The notes under the pieces were generated by a model that searched no databases, was not told where the DNA came from, and was given only the letters and a program-made list of their open reading frames with translations. Shown here piece after piece: positions 53,701 to 64,000 of a stretch of 64,000 nt of DNA; positions within the stretch are counted from its first letter, which is position 1; every line of letters starts with the position of its first letter. The DNA is taken from contig OZ024749.1 of assembly GCA_964016885.1 (NCBI GenBank), positions 28,830,001 to 28,894,000 of the forward strand, read 5' to 3'. The stretch is from Eledone cirrhosa (lineage: Eukaryota). Both the position numbers and the translations under genes were made by a program.

Positions 53701-54342
53701 CACTCTGTCACGTCTCCTGGTAAGGATATAATCTACCTGGCTTGTGTGTCCCCCCCCCCCCCCCCGATCTATAGGTGATCAAGTGATTGTCTCGTTTTTT
53801 GAAGTTAGTGTTACAGATAGTTAGGTTATTTGCATCACAGAATTCCAGGATTCTGGAGCCTTCCTCATTTCTAGTACCAAACCCATAGCCTCCATGGATT
53901 CCGTCATAGCCGTCACAATGTTGTCCAGCGTGACCATTTAGGTCGCCAGCGATAACTATGTAGTCACTGTCGGATATTTAGGAGGTAGTGAGCATTAACG
54001 TCTCATAGAATCTGTCTTTTATAACGCCAGGCAGTCCGGATTGTGGTGCATATGCAGATATTATTGTCACAGTAGTTCTATTGAGGACAAGTCTTATTTT
54101 AATTATTCTGTCGTTCACTCTATTTACGTCTATTATCTTATCTGCCCACTTTTCTGCTACCATGATTCCTACTCCACCCAGCCCATTGTCATTTCCCACC
54201 CAGAAAAGCTTATAACATCGTTCTTTACCCACAATGAATCTAGCAGACCCACCCCTCCACCTGGTCTCTTGAATACAACAAATGTTATGTAAGATAAAGC
54301 CTTAATAGTATATATAGAGTAATGTAAATGGTAAAGGGTTAA
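50782..54342. mobile_element. Inverted MITE family 1 copy split by the LINE (left 50782-50949; right 54285-54342)
   Basis: The left part matches the MITE right end; the remainder (TATATAGAGTAATGTAAATGGTAAAGGGTTAA) resumes after the LINE. Confidence 0.8.
50950..54284 (-). mobile_element. Near full-length RTE-clade LINE (APE endonuclease, RT, Cys-rich insert), 5'-truncated and disabled
   Basis: Motifs CCIQETRW, ISAYAPQ, AGDLNGH, VDYI, FVDLEKAFD, QGSVLSP and YADD. In-frame TAA at 53978-53980, a frameshift in a 16-C run at 53750-53765, a 793-aa open RT part and an (ATG)n tail. Confidence 0.96.
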
Positions 54343-54679
54343 ATATTTATTTCTAATTACATCACAGATTAGTAAACTTAGGACAATTAACACAGAGAAG
54401 ACAAGACAATTAACAAAAACAAGGCAAAGCAAAAAATAATTTTTTGAAGGGGAACCCTTAAAAAATTATTTTTTAAAATACAAATGAAAGACACAAAACA
54501 CCAGTCTTCATCATACACATACATAACATAGTTGAATGCTAACATTGATATAATAGCTTGGTTTCTCTTTTATCTTAGTTCGACATCTAACAACGACAAA
54601 AGGAATTCTAGGTTACAATCAAAGTTATATCAACTTATTGTTGTTACATAAACCTAGGTAAACAGATAGTAGATTACAT

Positions 54680-55560
54680 TTACTGTAGAATACAATACAT
54701 TTACAGTATAGTATAATGCAGTATAATATAGTATACTGTAGTATAGTATAGCATAGTGCAGTGTAGTATAGTACAGTATAGTATAGTGTAGTATAGTATA
54801 GTACAGTACAGTATAGTGTAGTATAGTTTACTGTTGTTACATAACCCTAAATAACTAGACATTAGACAACATTTACTGTAGAGTACAATACATTTACAGT
54901 TTAGTACAGTTTACTATAGTACAATATAGTACAGTACAGTATAGAATAGTATAATATAGTACAGTACAGTGTAGTATAGAGTAGTGTAGTATAGTTTAGT
55001 ATAGTGTAGTTTAGTATAGTACAGTATAGTATAGTTTATTATAGTGTAGTTTAGTATAGTATAGTGTAGTATAGTATAGTGTAGTGTAGTATAGTACAGT
55101 TTAGTATAGTATAGTACAGTTTAATATAGTACAGTATAGTATAATACAGTGTAGAAGAGTACAGTATAGTGTAGTATAGTATAGTATAGTATAGTATAGT
55201 ATAGTATAGTATAGTATAGTATAGTATAGTATAGTATAGTATAGTATAGTATAGTATAGTATAGTATAGTATAGTATAGTATAGTATAGTATAGTATAGT
55301 ATAGTATAGTATAGTATAGTATAGTATAGTACAGTTTAGTATAGTATAGTACAGTTTAGTATAGTATAGTATAGTATACTACAGTATAGTTTAATATAGT
55401 ATAGTGTAGTGTAGTATAGTATAGTATAGTACAGTTTAGTATAGTATAGTATACTACAGTATAGTGTAGTATAGTTTAATATAGTATAGTGTAGTGTAGT
55501 ATAGTTTAGTATAGTACAGTACAGTACAGTACAATAAAGTACAGTAGAGTATAACAGAGT
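54680..55560. repeat. (TATAG)n pentanucleotide satellite
   Basis: Direct reading. Confidence 0.97.
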
Positions 55561-55604
55561 ATATCATAATGCAGTAAATTTACAGTAGAGCAGAAGGCTG
55601 TTAC

Positions 55605-55710
55605 CTTGCCCTGCACAGGCCATCTCATATGACATTTTAATGGAATAGTCACAGTTGTTTCTCTCTTGGGTAGCAATATCATCGTAATGGAATGGTGCAG
55701 CCCCAGGGCT
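55605..55710 (-). CDS. PCYT1A: PCYT1 coding exon 2 (SPGAAPFHYDDIATQERNNCDYSIKMSYEMACAGQ)
   Basis: cag/gtaa junctions, phase 0-1; APF..D and CDYS cap-domain pattern. Confidence 0.9.
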
Positions 55711-55764
55711 CTGAAATCACAGTCAAAACAGAAATAAATTAAATCACAAATTTTATTTCATCTT

Positions 55765-56192
55765 TTACTTACCATATTTCTAATGAGAGACATTACTTAC
55801 GTCATTAATCCTTTCATTCCTATATTTCTAATGAAAGACACTGTCTACGTCATTAATCCTTTCATTGCCATATTTCTAATGAAAGACACTACCTATGTCA
55901 TTCACTCTTTCATTACTATATTTCTACTGAAATACTCTGTCTATGTCATAAACCTTATTAACAAATTTCTAATGAAAGACACTATGTATTTAGCCTTTCC
56001 ATTACCATATTTCTAATGAAAGATACTGTCTATGTCATTAACCCTTTCATTACCATATTTCTAATGAAAGATACTGTCTATGTCATAAACCCTTTCATTA
56101 CCATATTTCTAATGAAAGACACTGCGTATATCATTAACCCTTTCATTACCATACATCTAATGAAAGACACTGCCTATGTCATTAACCCTTTA
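55765..56192. repeat. 48-bp tandem repeat TTAACCCTTTCATTACCATATTTCTAATGAAAGACACTGTCTATGTCA, about 9 units
   Basis: The unit equals the terminus of TTAA element family 2 (inverse copy at about 33005-33049). Confidence 0.92.
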
Positions 56193-56205
56193 TAATATTA
56201 CTTAC

Positions 56206-56301
56206 GCTGTCTATGGGAGAAGAACGTTGTGCTCGAATCCCAACAGATTCTGAAGGTAACGCCACAACTTCTCGGTTTCTGTTTCGTTTTCTTCCAGACA
56301 T
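56206..56301 (-). CDS. PCYT1A: PCYT1 first coding exon (MSGRKRNRNREVVALPSESVGIRAQRSSPIDS); the exon begins at 56340
   Basis: In-frame upstream TAG, basic NLS-like RKRNR, gtaag donor and phase 0 compatibility. An acceptor at 56341-56343 implies an upstream UTR exon. The symbol denotes the PCYT1A/B co-ortholog. Confidence 0.82.
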
Positions 56302-57387
56302 ACTCTCAGATATCTAATTGGACCAAGCAGATTTGGAAAACTGAAAAAAAAATAAGAACAGTATAGTTATAACATAATATATTAATAAGGGTTTTTAATT
56401 TAGGCACAAGACCTACAATTTAGGGGACAATGGGCATGCAAGTCAATTACATCATTGACCCCAGTGTTTGACTGATATTTTATTTGATTGACCCCAGAAG
56501 AGTCAAAAGCAAAGTTGACTTCAGCAGGATTTGAACTCATAATATAAAGAGGTGGAACAAATACAACACATTTTGTCAGACACTCTAATGACTCTACGTT
56601 AGAAAGGACTTCAAGTCATATATAAATCATGCCAAAATATGACATAGTAGAAAGACTGCTTAGTGTCATAAAACACACCCAGTACACTCTGTAAAGTGGT
56701 TGACATTAGAAAGGGCATCACACTGCTTACTGTCATGATAAAATACACCCAATACACTCTGTAAAGTGGCTGACATTAGAAAGCACACCAAGACATATGA
56801 ATCATACCAAAATATGACACATAGTAGAAAGACATGATTCATCAATTGCTATTTACTATTTAACCAATGTCAGTATGGTATATGGATGGAAAATGAGGCT
56901 GTTGTTGATGTTGGTTATGCTAATAATGGCAATGATGATGATATGACGATGATGATGATAATAATGACGATGATCATAATAATGATGTCGAAGATGATAA
57001 TGATGTTGAAGATGATTAGGATGAATGTAATAATGATGATGGTGAATGTTGGGAATGATTGTAATGATAATGTTGAATTTTAGGAAGAGCAAGAGTGGTG
57101 AATATGATCAAGAGCCCCTTGAACTAATCTAAACTGAATCTAATTAAGTAGACAAGTAATTAATTAGACAGACAGTTAACCAGCTGGAACCAGTTGTGTA
57201 ACAACAACAATCTATACTCCTACACATCACATACTTCATCATCATCATCATCATCCTCGTTTAATGTCTATCTTCCATGCTAGCATGGGTTTACACACAC
57301 ACACATATATGTATATATACACACACATACACACATATATATATATATATACACACACATTATATGTTTACACACACATATACACAC

Positions 57388-57457
<70 letters not shown>

Positions 57458-57626
57458 GCCTCTATTATATGTATAAAATAAAGTACCAGTAATACACTGG
57501 GATAATTGCTGGCCTTGTGCCAAAAGTAGAAACAATTATATGTATGAACTCACCATATCAATAAATGTTATTTATACAGTTATAAATCTACAATCAAACA
57601 TCTATCTATCTATAGACATCCTGACC

Positions 57627-57675
<49 letters not shown>

Positions 57676-57852
57676 TATATATATTCAATATTTAGGACTA
57701 CCAAATTAAAAGTACAATGTCTGCATTTCTAACTGTAATTAATGGGTGGGTTTTTGATGTTTTCCCTATCCAGGTAATTGAAAAAAAAACACTCACTCAC
57801 TGACCTTCTTTTGACCCAAGTCATAGCTAATGAACCCACAAATCAGTGAAAG

Positions 57853-58630
57853 AAATAATAATTGTTTCTACTTTAGGCACAAGGCCAGCAATTACCCAGT
57901 CCATTACTGGTACTTTATTTTATAGACCCCGTAAGGATGAAAGGCAAAGTCAACCTCGGCGGGATTTGAACTCAGATCGTAAAAGGACGTAACTATGCTG
58001 GAAAGCATGGCGTCCGACCCTCTACCGATACTGCCAATCCACCTCCCTCAAGTGAAAGAAATAATAATGGTTTCTGATTTAGGCACAAGGTCAACAATTT
58101 TAGGAGAGAGGAAAGTTGATTAAATCGACCTCAGATGCTTTATTTTATAGACCCCGTAAGGATAAAAGGCAAAGCTAACCTCGGCAGGATTTGAACTCAG
58201 AATGTAAAAGGACATAACTCTATGCCGCAAAGCATGTTGTCTGATGCTCTACCGATACTGCCAATCCACGGCCTTTATAATAATTGTTTCTACTTTTTGG
58301 CACAAGGCCAGCAATTACCCAGTGCATTTCTGGTACTTTATTTTATCGACCCCGTAAGGATGAAAGGCAAAGTTAACCTCGGCGGGATTCGAACTCAGAA
58401 TGGCAAGGGCCGTAACTCTGTGCGTCAAAGCATAGTGTCCGACCCTCTACCGATACTGCCAATCCACTGCCTTTATAATAATAATTGTTTCTACTTTAAG
58501 CACCAGGCCAGCAATTTGAAGAGGAGGAGAAAGTCGATTAAATCGTCCAGAGTATGTTACTGGTATTTTATTTTATCAACCCTATGAGGGTGAAAGGCAA
58601 AGCTAAACATGGCTCTACTGATACTGCCAA
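57853..58630 (-). mobile_element. Four head-to-tail family A SINEs
   Basis: Repeated AATAATTGTTTCTACTTTAGGCACAAGGCC...GATTTGAACTCAG...CTACCGATACTGCCAATCCAC. Confidence 0.9.
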
Positions 58631-58646
58631 AATATTAATAATGATG

Positions 58647-58678
<32 letters not shown>

Positions 58679-59149
58679 GGTGGTGGTGGTGGTGTTGCTG
58701 CTGCTAATAACTTCCAAAGCTATAGAGACTGTAATCGCAAATAAAGAAAGCAATGCTAAAAGAGTGGAAGGCAGACATTGGAAAATATATGGCAATTGTT
58801 CAGATTAAACAACAGCATCAATAACAGATGCAGTGTGAACTGAATGGAAGATGAATTATCATTATTAATAACATTTATTTGTCTTTCAGCTGGTAGACTG
58901 GTAGAATTGGTAGAACACCGAATGAGAGGTCTTGTGCTGTTTCTTCTAAGCCTTTAATGTTCTAATTTTCAAATACCACAATGATCTTGTTGGGTGGTAG
59001 ATGTAATCCGCTACCTAGTTTAACACCAATATCTGGCTACCCTTCCTTATAATTTCCCCTACCCCATTCCCACCAAATTGAACCACAAAACATTGCTCAA
59101 CCAGGGGCTCAGGTAGAAAACACTTGCTCAAACTGCCACAGAGTAGGAT

Positions 59150-59460
59150 CCTTCTTCTTCACCCACTTATTCCTGAGAGGGTCATGGGGACAGAGTCCTC
59201 AAACCAGTGTGTCCTGTCAGAAGCAACCATCTCCGATTGTTCTAGTTGGATCCCCAAGTGAGACCAACCAAGCTCATGGATGTTACCCAACCATCTTGCT
59301 TGGGATCTATCCCTGGATCTTCTGCTGGTTGATTTTGTCCATAAAATCTTTTCAACAATTCTTCCCCCCCCCCCCCCCCCCGAGACATTCTAACCACATG
59401 TCCATAATATTAGAACTATGGTCTCTCAATTTAAAGAAATAGTGGCTCTACCTAGAGCTA
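59150..59460 (-). mobile_element. 3' fragment of another RTE-like LINE family
   Basis: Reverse complement matches 24140-24260 (CATCCATGAGCTTGGTTGGTCTC.CTTGGGGATCCA) and ends in a GAA-repeat tail. Confidence 0.6.
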
Positions 59461-60293
59461 AGGTATAAATAACTTGCCCAAACTGCCACATAGTCAGATC
59501 TAATATTTTAAATAAGATAAATCCTATGCATGTTGAAGACAAACGATGTAATGAACTGTGAAATGTAGCCAGTGCTGGATTTACCTATAAGCTAAATAAA
59601 CTATAGCCCAGGGCTACACACCCTTCAGGGGGCCTCATTTTAAAAAATATATTTATATTTTATCATTAGTTTTTATTCTTTAATACTAAATCATCAAAGC
59701 TTTTATATATATATAATTTATTCTTTGTCATTAACATTAATATAAAATATTATTATTTAAAATTTTTTTACCCAAATTATTTTAGAGAAGGGCCTCAAAT
59801 TTCATATAGCTTAGGGCCTCAGCAGGTGGAAGTCCAGCACTGAGTGCAGCAGTAAAGTTGTTAATTATTGCAACATGACATAATAGGGGAGGAGGTGGTA
59901 TGGTGATGCAAGCTGCACAGCCAAACACAGCAATTAGAGTCAAGCAAGGCATAACTTTTCTAGGAAATTCATTTTATTTTTATCTTAAGTAATCAAACAT
60001 AAAATTGAAGAACTAAAAATACAGACATACCAAAGTGAGAGAGTCATAGCAGATGTGGCAGTTCAGGCAAGATTAATAACTATTTCCAGTTTAAATATAT
60101 ATATTTTGTATTAGAAGTTCCTCCCAACAACAGTGACCAGTAATATACCAGATCCTGTTAAGACAGCAGGACCCAACAACCAGTAACCAATAATACATGA
60201 GGACCAACAGCCCCAACAGCCAGTAACCAGCAATATATTGTCATCACCTTGACCACCAGATGGTCAGTGTTTAGAGACTGAGATGACAGTGTT

Positions 60294-61155
60294 ATTAATA
60301 ATAATGAAATTATTGTGTACAGTGCTCAGGTGCACTACAACTCATCAAAGGTGCATGTATAGTACATAGAATAATGTACAAATGTCAGGAAAATGAACAG
60401 TGTATGAGTCATGATATAATAACAATAACAATAATGAAATATTGTGTACAGTGCCCAGGTGCACCACAACTCATCAAAAAAGTGCATGTACAGCACACAG
60501 GGCAATGCACAAACATCAGTAAAATGAAAAGTGCACGAGTCATGATACACACATGTATGCATGTGTATGGAAGGGGTACATCAGGTGTAGTTTTGGCGTA
60601 TTTCGGGAAGCATGAGTGTCTTAAAGGATGCAGTGTCTCGGCAGCTAACAATTGACGCAGGCAGTTTGTTCCATGCTTCAGCAACTCTGAGCATAGACAG
60701 ATAATACCTGTAAACTGAGAGATCAAAGTAATATCGATATTGCCACTATTTAGACAAGATTCTTTCTTCTCTGGGACTCATATCTGACTGTCACAGCTTT
60801 GAGCTAAATTATTGGTGGGCGGCAATTGGCATCAAGCAGTCTGTTGTGAAGGGAACATGTCAATATAGAAAACATAGGGGGTGTGTGGGTAAAAATACAA
60901 ATAAATTATTCGTAAAGAAATGTTCATAAATAAATCCTTCAGTTTAACAATTAAAAAACAAGAAAAAATAAAAGTCAAATATTTACAACATAGAAATAGG
61001 CATCTTTCAATTTCATGTATCTGTGTGTATATATCGAGACTCATACACTGTTCTCTTTCCGGACATTTTTACATTATTCTATGTACCATACATGCACCTT
61101 TGATGAGTTGTAGTGCACCTGAGCACTGTACACAATAATTTCATTATATTATTAT
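60294..61155. mobile_element. CR1 3' fragments (minus 60294-60692, two stacked tails; plus about 61010-61155)
   Basis: Same 3' UTR and RVAEAWNKL motif as 45590-45855. Confidence 0.85.
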
Positions 61156-61875
61156 TTTATTGTCTGCTAATTTATATACCTAAAGTGAAATCCCCCCTCC
61201 CCCACACACACACACATACACCACCACCACCAGAACAGATTCGACCTTTCTTGACTTAATTATAGCTAAAAGTCTGGAATAGAATTTCGTGGAACATAGA
61301 TGTTACAAGTGCGAACATCCCGTCTGCGATGATGATGCAGCAGTTCTAAGAATCGCAAGAAACTAATTACGTTTTACACCGCTTGACCATCTTCACTTCT
61401 CTATTGTCATATATTACAAGTACACAAATGATTTTTTTTTATGGTCCTTCGTCGTTTCAAATGATGACTGATTCCAGTCAGTTGGTCAACAGAGCGGTCT
61501 TCTACCCTTTCCTTAACATTTCTAATGATAGACACAACATATAGTTTTCAAATAATTTTGAAAATAACCAAAGATTTTGAGAGATTTAGTAACATAACTA
61601 ATTTTATCTACATTAAGCTGGTGTTTGGAACATAACTTAATATAGGTTCTTACATAAAATTATGATGGAAGGTTTTTAGATAAATATAAACACTTTAATA
61701 TGAACAGTTTTGTGACGTAGAACCAGAGGTGGTTTAATAATATAGCTAATTTTATTATCATTAAGCTGGTGTTTGGAACATAACTTAGCAAAGGTTCTTA
61801 CATAAAATTATGATGGAAGGTTGTTTTTTTAGATAAACACCAACACATTAAAACAGTTTTGCTACGTATATTTTG

Positions 61876-62250
61876 TAATAATAATTGTTTCTACTTTAGG
61901 CACAAGGCCAGCAATTATCCAGTACTTTACTGGTACTTTATTTTATCGACCCCGTAAGGATGAAAGGCAAAGTTAACCTCAGCGGGATTTGAACTCAGAA
62001 TGGCAAGGGCCGTAAATATGCGTCAAAGCATGGCGTCCGACTCTCTACCGATACTGCCAATCCACCGCCCTGGGACGTAATAATAATGGTTTCTGATTTT
62101 AGACACAAGGCCATCAATTCAGGGGGAGGGGAGAGTCGACAACAGTGTGTTACTGGTATTCTATTTTATCAATCCTGTAAAGATGAAATGCAAAGCTTAC
62201 CTCGGCGTGATTTGAACTCAGAACGTAAAGGATCGCAACTATATGCCGCG
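61876..62250 (-). mobile_element. Two tandem family A SINEs
   Basis: Same motifs as 8822-9020, on the minus strand. Confidence 0.88.
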
Positions 62251-62914
62251 ATTTAGTTAGTTAATATAATATAACTCATTTTAAGCTGGTGTTTGGAACA
62301 TAACTTAACAAACAATGGAAGGTTTTTTTTTGTTTTTTGTAAAATAGTTTTGTTACATAAAAGAAAATTAAGAAAATGATGTTGTTATGGTGTAACGTGT
62401 AACAACAAGAACGAGGACGCCGCCGCCAGTCAGGAGTTGTTTATGTGACAAGTGACAACATCATGAGATCCGTGGTAAAACCAGTGAACCTCTAAGTGGT
62501 CGTAAGATCTGCTAGAAATAGTAGCCAAATGTCACTCTACAGGGGTTTGTAGTTTTTTTTATTTTTAAACTTTCTTTTTTGTCCATATGAAGGACACATT
62601 GGATAATGTAGTCTTAGATATATTGGAGGAGTGAGGGACGGTCATAGTTGGAACGGTTTTGATCTTTAGGTCAGTTGGATCATTGTGACCGGGGGTTAAA
62701 TGAAAACGTCATGAGTGGTAGATGAGGGTAATAGGGTGGTAGTGGTGATGAATGTGTAGGTGTTAGGTGTTGTTGTTGTTGTTGGTGGTGGTGATAACGA
62801 TGATAGAGGTGTTGGCTGTGATGGTGGTGGTGGTGTTGATGTGTCAGAATAAAATAAAACAATGGAATTATTAAGGAGGATGATGATAGGTTAACAAGAT
62901 ATGACTAAATCACA

Positions 62915-63530
62915 TCAATCACCACCACCACTGCTGTCACGTATACTATCACCACTCCACCACCACCACAAACAACAACACTACTATTACCTCCACCAAC
63001 ACCACAACCATCACCACTCCTACTACTACCACCACCACCACACCACAAACAACACTACTATCACCCCCACCAACACCACAACCATCACCACCCCTACTAC
63101 TACCACCACAAACAACAAGACTACTATCATCCCCACCAACACCACCCCTACTACTACCACCACCACAAACAACAACAACACTACTATCATCCCCACCAAC
63201 ACCACAACCATCACCACCCTTACTACTACCACCACCACAAACAACAACAACACTACAACCACCAAACAACAAGACTACTATCATCTCCACCAACACCACA
63301 ACCATCACCACCCTTACTACTACCACCACCACCCCACCACCAACACAAACAACAACAACACTACAACCACCACCACCAAACAACAAGACTACTATCATCC
63401 CCACCAACACCACAACCATCACCACCCCTACTACCCCCTACCACCACAAACAACAACAACACTACTATCATCCCCACCAAAACCACAACCATCACCACCC
63501 CTACTACTACTACCACCACCACCACCACTT
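62915..63530. repeat. ACC/AAC/ACT trinucleotide-derived repeat with higher-order units
   Basis: Direct reading. Confidence 0.93.
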
Positions 63531-63624
63531 CAATGATAAGAAAATATGAATCAATGAAATAGAAAGTTAATATGACAGAAAGTTAATATGACAAGGAGGA
63601 GATATTAGATAACAGAGGACATTA

Positions 63625-63882
63625 GATCAATAATTTTAAACTTATCAATAGTTTTAAAGTGATCAATAATTTTAAAGTTATCAATAGTTTTAAAGTGATC
63701 GATAGTTTTAAAGTGATCAATGATTAAAAGTTATCAATAGTTTAAAAGTTATCAATAGTTTTAAAGTTATTAATAGTTTTAAAGTTATTAATAGTTTTAA
63801 AGTTATCAATAGTTTGAAGGAGATCAATAGTTTGAAGGAGATTGAGTTTTAAAAGTGATCAGTAGATTGAAAGTTATCAAAT
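63625..63882. repeat. About 19-bp minisatellite AAAGTTATCAATAGTTTT
   Basis: Direct reading. Confidence 0.9.
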
Positions 63883-64000
63883 TATTGGGGTTAATTAAAC
63901 GGAGGAAGAAACCAATTGTATATTTAAAGAAAGGGGACACAGGAGAGTTAAGGGTTGTGGTTTAGGAATTAAGGTTAGAGTTAATGGTAAAGTTTGGGGT

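Overview
This is AT-rich, microsatellite-saturated eukaryotic DNA, not prokaryotic. The SINE/LINE complement suggests a mollusc, probably a coleoid cephalopod such as an octopod (inference). Two spliced minus-strand genes can be reconstructed by hand from GT-AG junctions. (1) A complete choline-phosphate cytidylyltransferase (PCYT1/CCT) has 8 coding exons from 56301 to 43514, 1101 nt, 366 aa. (2) The V-ATPase accessory protein/(pro)renin receptor ATP6AP2 shows its first six coding exons from 27505 to 18297; its last exons were not found in the window. CLEAR/M-box motifs sit directly upstream of the ATP6AP2 ATG. The rest is repetitive: a 3.3-kb defective RTE-clade LINE nested in a piggyBac-like MITE; RTE, CR1 and Tx1 fragments; two tRNA-derived SINE families; TTAA- and TA-type MITEs; three foldback structures; and many mini- and microsatellites. 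Almost all long ORFs in the supplied track are repeat artefacts. I found no CRISPR array and no clearly new multi-gene system. The best leads are regulatory or structural: M-box-bearing repeats, an apparently slid intron, long dsRNA hairpins in PCYT1 introns, and satellites grown from transposon ends.
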